This document shows, piece by piece, positions 34,383 to 43,807 of a DNA stretch of 64,000 nucleotides. Position numbers and translations under genes: made by a program. Where the stretch lies: the NCBI GenBank assembly GCA_964450385.1, contig CAYVEC010000010.1, forward strand, positions 1,722-65,721, written 5' to 3'. The DNA is from an uncultured Planctomycetales bacterium. Lineage in GTDB: Bacteria > Omnitrophota > Gorgyraeia > Zapsychrales > JANLHA01. A model generated the notes under the pieces. It was not told the DNA's origin, made no database searches, and saw nothing but the letters and a program-made list of their open reading frames with translations. How positions within the stretch are numbered: the first letter of the stretch is position 1; every line of letters starts with the position of its first letter.

Positions 34383-36737
34383 TCACCTGCCTTTTTTCTT
34401 TTTTCGGGACGGCAGGTTACGGCGGAAAAACAGGACGATGATGATCGCGGTCGCGGCGGTTGTGGCGAGTCCGAGATAGAATGACAACGGGTGAAACACG
34501 AAGCGCACCGAGTGTCGCCCGGCCGGAAGGAAGACCCCGCGAAGGAGGTGGTCCGCGGGATAGATCTTTTCCCGCCGGCCATTCACATACACCCGCCATT
34601 CTGGGTGATAGGCCTCGCTCAAGATGAGGACGCCGTCATGGTCCATTGAGACCGTGAGGTCAAGCGTATTGGGCGTCTGGCGCGTGATTCGGGCGGATGA
34701 CCCATCGATGAGCGGAGCGGCGTTGAGCCGGTCGATGATCGTCGGATCATCGGGTCCTTCGAGTACGGCGAATCCCCGGAGACGGTCCTGGGCCTGTTCC
34801 AGGAGCTGAAAGGTCCTCATCGGATCTGTGGAGAAGGCGGCCCGGTGAACGATAAACGCCCGGGGCATCGGATGCGGCCGCTCGTAGACCCGGACCTCTC
34901 GGTGATAAACCTGTCGGGCGTATTTGTCCGCCGGATCGAAATGCGGGAACGGCCGGATAAAGGCGTCGGTCGCCGGCAGGATCAGATAATGGACGTTGAG
35001 GAGATCGAGAAAGTTCTCTCGGCGCTGAACCGGGATTGTGCGCAAGGCAGGGGACCGAAAGTCATTTCGAAAATGGTCGCGGATCAAGAGATTGTTAACG
35101 AAATCGACAAAACGCTGCGGCGCCATGCAGAGAAAATATCCGAGATCATCAACGCCATAGGCCGAGCCCGCGTTAGGGTAAAAGGCCCAGTAGTTTCCGT
35201 AGCTCCGTACCGGGACCGGTGAGGTCTTTAATAATTCGATATAAGGGATCTTGGGGAACGAATCATATCTTGTGGGCCGTTCGCGGTGGATATAGGCGAC
35301 AAGCTCGAACCACAGCAGGGCGATCAGGCAGACTGAGGTCACAACGCGGCCTTGTCGACGGGCTAGGGCGATGATCGTCAGCCAGGCGATCAGGATCCCG
35401 GCGGAAAAAATAACGGCTCGGACGCTCAGCTCCACATGTTGTGCCTGACGGTAGATGAAGAGATGTCCGAGTGCGACCGCCATGAGGATGGCGCCGAATC
35501 CCGCTGCCTGCCAGAGGGCGGGTCGGGGTCGAGCCAAAATGGCGCGAACGCCCATGCCGGCCGCGACCGCGATGCTGAAGGCCGCAAACGGCGGGGTATG
35601 GATCGCGTATCGCGGGAGATTGAAGAGAGGAAGGTATCCGATCCAGTTGATGAAGGCGAGCCCATAGGCCTTGCTGATGAGCAGAACCGCCATGGCTATA
35701 AAGAACAGATTGAGGCGGCGTTTGTGATTTTGGAAAAGGGCGACGGCACTGAGCCCGATCGGGAGGATCCCGAGGTAGCCGCCCCACCAGCCCGCGAAGA
35801 CCCATTGGTAGGAGATCGCCTCGCGCTGGAAAAAGTGCGGCAGGGCGAGGGTGATCGCGCGGGCCCGTTGTTCTTCCATCATGAGGCCTGTGCCGCCGGG
35901 ATGGCTGTGCCAGAATTCGGTAAAGAGGTTCCGCAGGAATGGAAAGAGGACCATCGCCGAGAGGCCGATCCCCAGGATATATGCGCTGGCGATGGATAGG
36001 CCGATGCCGCGAGACGCCTGTCTGGCGTCAGGGAGCGCGAGGAAACGGAAGATGAAGAACGCGGCGCCATAGGCGTTCACGAGAAAAATATGTTCAGGAT
36101 GCCCGCCGAAAAAAGTGAGCCCCACCGCGACGCTGACCCACGCGATCGATCGGGGAGACCGTTCGCGGATGAGGCGTTCCAGGGCGATGAGCAGGACCGG
36201 CAGAACGATATCGACATTAACGGTCCAGTATTGGAGCAGGACCATCGGCCCGCTCAGCATAAAGGCGATCGCTGAGGCGACCGACGGGGTTTTGTTAAAG
36301 CCCATTGTCCGCATGAACCAGAACGTCAATATTCCGGCGAGGAGGAGGCGGACGAGGATGAGGATGTCCCAGGCGATGATCGAAGGGAAGAGATACATGA
36401 TCCATGTCAGCGGGTAGAACATCGCGGTCTGGATCATCCCGATGAGAGGGTAGCCGCATGCCTGGTGAGGATTCCAGAGAGGGAGGACGCCTTTCCAGAG
36501 CGAGTTCTTGATGAATTGATAGAGGGGCTCTTCGAGGACCGATGAATCGGTCCCGTTGACCGGGATGAACCGCGGGCGGTTGAATTCCTGACCGTAGACG
36601 CCATACGGCATAGCCTGGGCATTCGCCGTCGAGACCTTGAATGTTTTGTTGAGGAAAACGACGTCAAAGAAGGCAATGGCCAGGAGGACGGCCAGTGCTG
36701 TGGGAATAAACCATTTAGAGCGCAGGAACCTGTTCAT
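34383..36737 (-). CDS. YfhO-like large polytopic membrane protein (GT-C-type, possible glycosyl-carrier-dependent transferase)
   Basis: About 785 aa from the ATG at 36737 (MNRFLRSKWFIPTALAVLLAIAFF). More than 12 TM helices, then a ~250-aa C-terminal soluble domain and a terminal TM helix. Architecture typical of YfhO. The track ORF extends to 36860. Confidence 0.6.
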   Translation of the reverse strand: MNRFLRSKWFIPTALAVLLAIAFFDVVFLNKTFKVSTANAQAMPYGVYGQEFNRPRFIPVNGTDSSVLEEPLYQFIKNSLWKGVLPLWNPHQACGYPLIGMIQTAMFYPLTWIMYLFPSIIAWDILILVRLLLAGILTFWFMRTMGFNKTPSVASAIAFMLSGPMVLLQYWTVNVDIVLPVLLIALERLIRERSPRSIAWVSVAVGLTFFGGHPEHIFLVNAYGAAFFIFRFLALPDARQASRGIGLSIASAYILGIGLSAMVLFPFLRNLFTEFWHSHPGGTGLMMEEQRARAITLALPHFFQREAISYQWVFAGWWGGYLGILPIGLSAVALFQNHKRRLNLFFIAMAVLLISKAYGLAFINWIGYLPLFNLPRYAIHTPPFAAFSIAVAAGMGVRAILARPRPALWQAAGFGAILMAVALGHLFIYRQAQHVELSVRAVIFSAGILIAWLTIIALARRQGRVVTSVCLIALLWFELVAYIHRERPTRYDSFPKIPYIELLKTSPVPVRSYGNYWAFYPNAGSAYGVDDLGYFLCMAPQRFVDFVNNLLIRDHFRNDFRSPALRTIPVQRRENFLDLLNVHYLILPATDAFIRPFPHFDPADKYARQVYHREVRVYERPHPMPRAFIVHRAAFSTDPMRTFQLLEQAQDRLRGFAVLEGPDDPTIIDRLNAAPLIDGSSARITRQTPNTLDLTVSMDHDGVLILSEAYHPEWRVYVNGRREKIYPADHLLRGVFLPAGRHSVRFVFHPLSFYLGLATTAATAIIIVLFFRRNLPSRKKKKGR

Positions 36738-36895
36738 GGCGAGGATTATTGTAGGGGGAATTCGGGGATTGGGCAAGGAAAAAGGGAGGGGGATCTGTGG
36801 TGCCGCCGGCTCCTTGAGGCGCGGCCGAAGGGGCCGGAACGACAAAGCCCCCGGAGGCATCCGAGGGCTTTGTTAGAACTGAGTCGCTGAGAAGC

Positions 36896-37003
36896 TTATC
36901 TTTTTTTTGCGACTTTCTTCTTTGCGACTTTCTTCTTTGCAACTTTTTTCTTCACGACTTTTTTTGCTACTTTCTTCTTAGCAGCTTTCTTCTTGACGAC
37001 CAT
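36896..37003 (-). CDS. 35-aa lysine/alanine/valine-rich basic protein (histone H1/Hc-like)
   Basis: MVVKKKAAKKKVAKKVVKKKVAKKKVAKKKVAKKR. Strong RBS (AAGGAGAGAGG) 4-5 nt upstream of the ATG. Too short for the ORF track. Coordinates +/-2. Confidence 0.45.
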   Translation of the reverse strand: MVVKKKAAKKKVAKKVVKKKVAKKKVAKKKVAKKR

Positions 37004-37198
37004 GGCCTCTCTCCTTTGTTTTTGTTTTTGCCACTTACGATTTAATAATAACACACTGCCCCACCGATGCAAAAATTATTTTATTTTTTTTATATATTTT
37101 TTAATTTTCTTCACATATTATGAAGGTGGAAAAAGAGACGTTGCCCTGTTGCGTTATCTCTAAAATCTCGTCGAGAAATTTAAAAAATAGTACAGATC

Positions 37199-38347
37199 GT
37201 GAAGCGAATGATGCCGGATGGTCATGGATCGATGAGCGGACTTTACATCCACATTCCGTTTTGTCAAAAAAAATGTTTTTATTGTTCCTTTGTTGTTGCC
37301 GTCAACAAAAAAAATTGGATTGATGGGTATCTCGATGCGTTGGCGCGCGAGGCCTCGCGATATCGCGGAAGGCAGTGCGCGACAGTGTATATCGGAGGAG
37401 GCTCGCCATCGTTTTTAAGCGTGGAAGAGTGGGCGCGTCTTGTCATGATCCTTCGTGAGAATTTTTCTTGGGGGCATGGAGCCGAGGTCTCGGTCGAGTG
37501 CAATCCGGAAGACGTCACCCGTGAGAAGGCGCGGGCCTTTGCTGAGGCGGGGGTGACCCGGGTGAGCCTTGGTGCCCAGACCTTTGACGACCGAGCGCTT
37601 GCGGCCCTGGGTCGGTGCCACGACCGGGCGGCCGCACTTCGCGCGGTCGAGACGCTCCGGACGGCGGGTTTTGAGAATATCAACGTGGATCTGATGATCG
37701 ATATTCCCGGCCAGACGCGGGATGGTCTTGACACTGATATCGCGACCCTCCGATCACTTCAGGTGGAGCATGTGTCGTGTTATTCCTTGACGGTTGAGCC
37801 TGGGAGCCGGTTTTTTGTCCAGGGGGGTCAGCAATCTGGAGACGAAGGCGCGCCTTCTCTATATATAAACGCGGTTGAGGGGTTGGAGGCCGCGGGCTGG
37901 CGGCAATATGAGGTGAGTAATTTTTGTCGGCCCGGGTATGAGTCAAGGCATAACCTGAATTATTGGCAGGGAGGGAATTATCTGGGGCTCGGGGTCGGGG
38001 CCCATTCTCATGAGGAGGGGCACCGATGGTGGAATATTGTGCCCACCCGAGAGTACATCGCGGCCCTGCGGGACGGCGCCGCGGTCATTGCGGGTGAGGA
38101 GAGGCTCACGGGTTACGCGCGGCTTTGTGAGGCGGTTGTCTTTGGCCTGCGGATGTGTGACGGGATCGATCTGGCGGGGCTCGGCATGCGTTTTGGGGTG
38201 TCGTTAGCCGGCGATGAGAAGGGAGCGATCGAGCGATTTGTTGAGGAGGGGTTCTTGGCACGGGAGGGCGATCGTGTGCGGACCACGCGCAAGGGCCTTT
38301 TGGTCCTTGATGAGATATCATCATCGCTGGTCTCGGTTGGGTCATAA
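37199..38347 (+). CDS. hemW: radical SAM heme chaperone HemW (HemN-like, oxygen-independent coproporphyrinogen oxidase family)
   Basis: LYIHIPFCQKKCFYCSF radical-SAM CxxxCxxC, GGGSPSFL, HemN C-terminal domain. The start may be ATG 37199 or 37232. Confidence 0.85.
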   Translation: MKRMMPDGHGSMSGLYIHIPFCQKKCFYCSFVVAVNKKNWIDGYLDALAREASRYRGRQCATVYIGGGSPSFLSVEEWARLVMILRENFSWGHGAEVSVECNPEDVTREKARAFAEAGVTRVSLGAQTFDDRALAALGRCHDRAAALRAVETLRTAGFENINVDLMIDIPGQTRDGLDTDIATLRSLQVEHVSCYSLTVEPGSRFFVQGGQQSGDEGAPSLYINAVEGLEAAGWRQYEVSNFCRPGYESRHNLNYWQGGNYLGLGVGAHSHEEGHRWWNIVPTREYIAALRDGAAVIAGEERLTGYARLCEAVVFGLRMCDGIDLAGLGMRFGVSLAGDEKGAIERFVEEGFLAREGDRVRTTRKGLLVLDEISSSLVSVGS

Positions 38348-38363
38348 GAAGGAGCGATGGGAA

Positions 38364-40445
38364 ATGAATACACGGATTGTTTCAAATGTTCTTAACAGTT
38401 TTCACGGCAGAGGGAAAAAGGGCGTATATTTTCTGAGCGTTTTTTTGCTGCTCCTGATGACGGCCGGGGTGACGTTCCATAACAGCATTGATAATCCGTT
38501 TTGTATTGATGACCACGGGTTGATCTTTGCGGACAAGATGCTGCAGTCATGGAAATATTTAAAGTATTATTTTTTTCCAGACGCGCAAGGCTTAGTTGGC
38601 ACATCCCTTAGGGGGTCGTCCTCATATTATCGACCGTTAGCTCATGTTATTCCGGGTATCTGTTCGTGGTTTTTTGAAAAAAATCCGCGTGGGTATCATT
38701 TAATCAACATCATTTTTCTCGCAATGGCAGGGGTCTCGGTCTTTGCCTGTGTGGAGGAATTAACGAAGAAGCGCGGGATCGCCTTGATGGCTTCTGTTCT
38801 GTTCGTGGCGCATCCGATCAATGGATTGATGGTGAATTATATTACGGCGAGCGTCTTTGCGTTCCAGATCATGTTTATGTGCTGGGCTATTATTTTTCTT
38901 TTGAAGTGGGCAGAAGGGGAGGGGTTGGCGGCATTTGTTTTTACGATCATATCAACGATCGGAGCGATATGGTGTCATGAAACAGCCGCGGCCCTTCCTA
39001 TTTATATGTTTGCGGTACTTATGGTTGTTTGCAAATGTCGTTTCATCGAGGCCCTGAAGAGATTATTTCCATTTTTAATTTTTTGGGCGGCCTATGTTTT
39101 ATTCCGAGTTTATGAGGGAAGTCTAGGGGGGAGTGTTTTTGAAAAAATAGGGTGGCATCATATTTCTTTTTTTGAATATTTAGCGACATTTGGGCGACTT
39201 GTTTTCGGCGTCTTGAAAAATTTAGTGTTTTGCCAAGATGTTGTATTGGGTTGGGCGATTATGCCGGTTAAAGGTGGCGTTTTATGGTGGGCCTTGTTTT
39301 TTATGGGATTTTTTCTTGTTGGTATGTTTGTGCTTCTTTATGCATATTTTAAAAAATACGCATGGGGGCTTTGGGTTTTCTGGTTTTATATTGGTTTCTT
39401 TCCTGTTTTTTTAGGATGTTTGATTGAGCCTCAGAGCGGATTTTTGTTTGAACCCCATTGGATGTTTTTTTCATTTTTAGGGTTTTTTGTTTTAATCGCG
39501 ATATTTTTTGAGACCGCTTTTAAACCCAAGGCGATCCGCGTAGGCGCCTTTGTCGCGTTTGTGTTTTATTTGATTGGAATGAGTTGGATTTATAACTGGG
39601 TATGGGGTGATGAGATCAGATACTGTTCGTTTGCTCAGGTTGTGAGCCCGTCAAAAAAGAGTATGAATTTTCATATTGCCCGAAGTTCTGATCAACGTGG
39701 GACCTCGAAATATTCGGAGAATTATTATGTACGGGAATTGACAGGGACATGGCATGATTGGGATGTTTTTAATAATCTCGGGTTGTTGGCCTGGGAACAA
39801 GGGGATTTGGAGAAGGCAGAGGCCTTGTTTCATAGGTCCCAGGATCTCGGCGGCGGAACTATTATCCCGCTAACTAATTTAGGCGCGTTATTTAAGGAAC
39901 GCGGGGACCTTGATAAGGCAATTCATTATTTTGAGCAGGGCATTCAACTTGACGCCTTGGCCTTCGAGGCCCGGCTCGGTGCCGCGGCGTGCTATGAAGA
40001 ACAGGGCAGGATTCGGGAGGCGGAGCGATTGCTTCTTGAAGCGCATGGGATCACCCCTCGGGACGTCGCGGTCTTGAGTGAGCTGACGCACTTTTATCTT
40101 CGTCAAAAGAATCTTGAATTAATGGATGTTTATGCGCGGCAATGGGCGAGGCGGTTGTCCTCGGCAGAGGAGTTGGTGCTCGCCGGGAATGAGCTGGCAG
40201 GGGCCTCGAGTTGGGCTAGCGCTAGGATCTTTTATGAGCGGGCCCTTAAACGGCATCCGAAGGATCCGTTGGTGTATCAGGAGCTCGGCAAGGCGCTTGG
40301 GAATTATGGTCAGTTTGATGCGGCGATCCAGGCTTGGCAGGAGGGAAAGAAGTTCTCACAGGATGACACTGCTTTTGACCAGCTCATTCGTGAGGCCGAC
40401 CGATTAAGGCGCGCGTCTGGGGGTGCGGCATTAAATGTTGAGTGA
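38364..40445 (+). CDS. second TMTC-like membrane protein with C-terminal TPR repeats
   Basis: About 11 TM helices with VAHPINGLMVNYI motif. C-terminal TPR repeats (WDVFNNLGLLAWEQGDLEKAEALFHRS...). ATG at 38364 preceded by AAGGAG. Confidence 0.65.
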   Translation: MNTRIVSNVLNSFHGRGKKGVYFLSVFLLLLMTAGVTFHNSIDNPFCIDDHGLIFADKMLQSWKYLKYYFFPDAQGLVGTSLRGSSSYYRPLAHVIPGICSWFFEKNPRGYHLINIIFLAMAGVSVFACVEELTKKRGIALMASVLFVAHPINGLMVNYITASVFAFQIMFMCWAIIFLLKWAEGEGLAAFVFTIISTIGAIWCHETAAALPIYMFAVLMVVCKCRFIEALKRLFPFLIFWAAYVLFRVYEGSLGGSVFEKIGWHHISFFEYLATFGRLVFGVLKNLVFCQDVVLGWAIMPVKGGVLWWALFFMGFFLVGMFVLLYAYFKKYAWGLWVFWFYIGFFPVFLGCLIEPQSGFLFEPHWMFFSFLGFFVLIAIFFETAFKPKAIRVGAFVAFVFYLIGMSWIYNWVWGDEIRYCSFAQVVSPSKKSMNFHIARSSDQRGTSKYSENYYVRELTGTWHDWDVFNNLGLLAWEQGDLEKAEALFHRSQDLGGGTIIPLTNLGALFKERGDLDKAIHYFEQGIQLDALAFEARLGAAACYEEQGRIREAERLLLEAHGITPRDVAVLSELTHFYLRQKNLELMDVYARQWARRLSSAEELVLAGNELAGASSWASARIFYERALKRHPKDPLVYQELGKALGNYGQFDAAIQAWQEGKKFSQDDTAFDQLIREADRLRRASGGAALNVE

Positions 40446-41525
40446 CAAGGGACGGTCATAAAGCCCCGCGATATGCTCGCTATGCCGGAACAGTTCGGCG
40501 AAGGTCTGCCAGACGAGGTCTCGTGAGGCCGGGGCCAGGGTCAGTTTTTTGATGATGCGGGAGCTTCGGTCGATGCGCGTTCTGATATGCTCGAGGGCAT
40601 AGTCGAGGCTGCCGGCGTTGAGCAGCGCGGTTCGAACGGCCTCAAGGTCGCGGAGCGTAGTGCGCGGCCGGGAGAAATGCCGGAGAAACCGTTCCTGCTC
40701 AGTCTTGTTCAGGGTCCGCGCCGCGTGGCAGACCAAGATGGTCTTTTTTGATTCCGCGATATCGCTCAAGATCGATTTCCCAATATTTTTTTCCGAGTCA
40801 AAGATACCGATAATATCGTCTTGGATCTGGAAGGCCTGGCCAATGAGAAGGCCGAGCTCGGCTAGCAGGGAGGTTTGGTGCGCGCTCGCTCCCGATAAGA
40901 GGGCCCCGATCACGAGCGGGCAGTCAAAGGTGTAGCGTGCCGTCTTTAAGGAGTAATTGAGGAAGACGTCATTTTCTGAGACCTGATCCATGGGGAGGAC
41001 GCCGTTCAGGGTGTCGACGAATTCTCCCATGGCCGTGAAGGCGGCGGTCTGGACGAAATATTTGAGGGCCTGGTTCAGCCGTTTGGGAGGGGCCTCGAAC
41101 GACAAAAAGGCATCGATCGCGAGAGCGTAGACAATGTCTCCCGCGATGATGGCGAGGTCTGTCCCGAGCTTATCCGGTAGCGATGAGGGCGCGATCTTCT
41201 CGAGCATACGGTGCATCGTGGGTTTGTTCCGTCGGAGGTCTGACTGGTCAATGATGTCGTCATGGATCAGCATAAAATTATGGAGGAGCTCGATGCAGAC
41301 CGAGGCGCGGTAGATCGCCTCGGTGAGACGGAGTTCGTTTTTGGAATATCCCTGATACGAGAGGATCAGGAGCAGGGGACGGATACGTTTTCCGGGCCTC
41401 AGCACAAAGTCGCGGATACTTTCAAAAAGGAGAGGGTTGATGGTCTCGAGATGATAGTCGGCGCGCGCCTGGTCCATGAAGGTCTCGAGACTGTGATCGA
41501 TCTGTCGGCGGATTTCCTGTAACAT
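40431..41525 (-). CDS. polyprenyl diphosphate synthase (trans-isoprenyl diphosphate synthase family)
   Basis: FARM LIHDDIIDQSD and SARM FQIQDDIIG aspartate-rich motifs. ATG at 41525 (MLQEIRRQ). The track ORF extends to 41603. Confidence 0.8.
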   Translation of the reverse strand: MLQEIRRQIDHSLETFMDQARADYHLETINPLLFESIRDFVLRPGKRIRPLLLILSYQGYSKNELRLTEAIYRASVCIELLHNFMLIHDDIIDQSDLRRNKPTMHRMLEKIAPSSLPDKLGTDLAIIAGDIVYALAIDAFLSFEAPPKRLNQALKYFVQTAAFTAMGEFVDTLNGVLPMDQVSENDVFLNYSLKTARYTFDCPLVIGALLSGASAHQTSLLAELGLLIGQAFQIQDDIIGIFDSEKNIGKSILSDIAESKKTILVCHAARTLNKTEQERFLRHFSRPRTTLRDLEAVRTALLNAGSLDYALEHIRTRIDRSSRIIKKLTLAPASRDLVWQTFAELFRHSEHIAGLYDRPLSLNI

Positions 41526-41645
41526 AATGCGGGTATCGTAGCATAGAAGAAAAGCGAATTCAATGTTTTTCCGGCGGGGAACGATGAAAGTTGACCCGTT
41601 CAAACGGCTATAGTGTTATAATCGGACATCACAAGGAGGAGGGGT

Positions 41646-42224
41646 ATGAACATATATGGGCGATGGTTGGCGGTTGTCGGATTCGTGGCCGCGGCCGCAG
41701 GGGTCTCTGCGGATACGGTCTATTTAGTGAATGGCGGGACCGTTCAGGGCACGGTCCTTGAGGAGACGCCGTATTCGGTGAAGGTCGAGGCGGCGGGCCG
41801 GACCCGCGTTCTCTACCGCGATCAGATCGACCGGGTGGAACGCGACGGGGCGCCAGCCCCGGAGCGAATTGCGCTGCCGGGGGTGGATCAGGTGCCTGAC
41901 GCTACCCGCGACATGATCCTCGGGATCTTAAGATCGAGCGGGGTCCGGGAGCTTGTTGAACAGCGTTTTTATGAGATGCTCAGCCGTCTCGATGATGCCG
42001 AAAGGACCCGTATGGAGGCCCTTGTCAATGTTGATGAGGTGATGCTCCAGATGGTTCCGGTCTATGCTGCGTATTTCAGCCCGAGCGAGCTGGAAGCCCT
42101 GTCTCAGATGTATCAGTCTGAGGCCTTTCAGAAACACCGTGCCATGATCCCTGAACTTGGAATCCGTTCTGTTGAGGTCTTGGCAGAGTATTTTTCCCGA
42201 AAGATGGGCCCGGACAAGAAATAA
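41646..42224 (+). CDS. secreted hypothetical protein (DUF2059-like C-terminal region)
   Basis: 192 aa. Signal peptide (WLAVVGFVAAAAGVSA), RBS AGGAGGAGG upstream. Confidence 0.5.
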   Translation: MNIYGRWLAVVGFVAAAAGVSADTVYLVNGGTVQGTVLEETPYSVKVEAAGRTRVLYRDQIDRVERDGAPAPERIALPGVDQVPDATRDMILGILRSSGVRELVEQRFYEMLSRLDDAERTRMEALVNVDEVMLQMVPVYAAYFSPSELEALSQMYQSEAFQKHRAMIPELGIRSVEVLAEYFSRKMGPDKK

Positions 42225-42364
42225 AATATTAATTTCTATCATTTTTTAAAAAATATCAACAGATTTTGTTTGATTTTTTTGACAAAAGAAGCCAAACTTG
42301 TTGATTTTAAAAGAGTTATGAATAAATTCCTCTGTTGCCGCCTTTTCCTGTGATAATTTTAATT

Positions 42365-42483
42365 GCACCTAAAAGAAGTTTTTGATATAGTACTGGAGTT
42401 CTTTAACTTAAGAAGGCATCCTATTTAGAGAAGACGGGGGCAGCCCACCTTTAGTATCGACGCAAACCAGAAGGAGCACGAGC
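42365..42483 (+). promoter_or_regulatory. pur-operon promoter TTGCAC-17-TATAGT and ~90-nt leader in a 240-bp AT-rich region
   Basis: ttgcac cctaaaagaagtttttga tatagt at ~42365-42393. The leader contains ACGCAAAC (half of an E. coli-type PurR box) and RBS GAAGGAG. Confidence 0.3.
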
Positions 42484-43779
42484 ATGATTGAACGTTACAC
42501 ATTATCAAAAATGGGGGATATTTGGACCGAGGAGCACAAATTCTCCATTATGCTCAAGATCGAGGTCCTGACCTGTGAGGCAATGTGTAAGCTCGGTAAG
42601 ATCCCGAAAAAGTCGATCGAGGCCATCAAAAAGAACGCGAAATTCGACATTGAGGAGATCAAAGAACTCGAAGAAAAGACCAAACATGACATCGTTGCCT
42701 TCATTAATAATGTCGGCAAGTATATCGGCCCGGACGCCCGGTATCTTCATATGGGGTTGACCTCGTCGGACCTTCTCGACACGACCCTTTCGGTCCAGTG
42801 TGTCGAGGCCTGTGATATCCTTTTGGCGGACGTCAATAAGTTCCTCCTCGCTTTGAAAAAACAATGCAAGAAATATAAGGACACCCCGTGCATCGCGCGG
42901 ACGCATGGGGTCCATGCCGAGCCTACGACGCTCGGGTTAAAACTCGCGACCTGGTATGACGAGATGCAGCGGAATCAGGCGCGTCTTGAGCAGGCCCGCG
43001 AGGGGATCCGTCTGGGTAAGCTCTCGGGGGCGGTGGGGACCTATGCGAACATCGATCCTTACGTCGAGGAATTCGTCTGCGAGAAATTGGGGCTGAAGCC
43101 GGTCAATATCGCGACCCAGATCATCGCCCGGGATATCCACTGTCAGTTCATGGTGACCCTGGCCCTGATCGGCTCGTCGCTCGACCGTTTTGCGACCGAG
43201 GTCCGAGCGCTTCAAAAGACCGAGATCCGCGAGATCGAGGAGCCGTTCTTTAAAGGTCAGGTCGGCTCATCCGCGATGCCGCACAAGAGGAACCCTGTGA
43301 CCTGCGAACGGGTCTCGGGACTCGCGCGGCTTCTGCGCGCGAACGCCCAGGCGGCCTTTGAGAACATCAATCTTTGGCATGAGCGCGATATTAGCCACTC
43401 GTCTGTGGAACGGATCATTATCCCCGACAGTACGCTTGCGCTTCATTATATGTTTAGCAAGTTTACCGGGATCGTTGAGGGCCTGCTCGTGTATCCGAAA
43501 AATATGATCGACAGCCTCACGAAGACCAAGGGTCTGATTTATTCTCAGCGGGTTCTGTTGGAGCTGATGAACAAGGGTCTGACCCGTGAGGATGCTTATG
43601 AGATTATCCAGCGCTGCGCTATGCAGGTCTGGGATGAGAATTCGGATTTTCGCGACGTCCTCCTTCGGGACCGAAAGGTCCGTAAGTATCTGAAAGAGAG
43701 CGAGATCAACACCTGTTTTGATATAAAATATTACACCCGTCATCGCGACCTGATCTTTAAGCGGGTGGGACTTAAATAG
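42484..43779 (+). CDS. purB: adenylosuccinate lyase
   Basis: 431 aa. MIERYTLSKMGDIWTEEHKF, fumarate-lyase signature GSSAMPHKRNP. Confidence 0.95.
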   Translation: MIERYTLSKMGDIWTEEHKFSIMLKIEVLTCEAMCKLGKIPKKSIEAIKKNAKFDIEEIKELEEKTKHDIVAFINNVGKYIGPDARYLHMGLTSSDLLDTTLSVQCVEACDILLADVNKFLLALKKQCKKYKDTPCIARTHGVHAEPTTLGLKLATWYDEMQRNQARLEQAREGIRLGKLSGAVGTYANIDPYVEEFVCEKLGLKPVNIATQIIARDIHCQFMVTLALIGSSLDRFATEVRALQKTEIREIEEPFFKGQVGSSAMPHKRNPVTCERVSGLARLLRANAQAAFENINLWHERDISHSSVERIIIPDSTLALHYMFSKFTGIVEGLLVYPKNMIDSLTKTKGLIYSQRVLLELMNKGLTREDAYEIIQRCAMQVWDENSDFRDVLLRDRKVRKYLKESEINTCFDIKYYTRHRDLIFKRVGLK

Positions 43780-43807
43780 GACGCGGTTTTAAACGAAAGG
43801 CCCGGGG

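Noticed and set aside
37120-37323. 67-aa plus-strand ORF in the AT-rich region upstream of hemW
   Set aside because: It overlaps the hemW start region in another frame. Its Cys/Lys-rich translation lacks an RBS. Likely a by-product of the AT-rich promoter region.
42225-42483. Purine or ZTP riboswitch in the purB leader
   Set aside because: I looked for the purine-riboswitch P1/J2-3 consensus and the ZTP/pfl GGGUCGUGAC...CCGGGCGGA elements and could not find them by eye. The region is kept only as an AT-rich regulatory leader.
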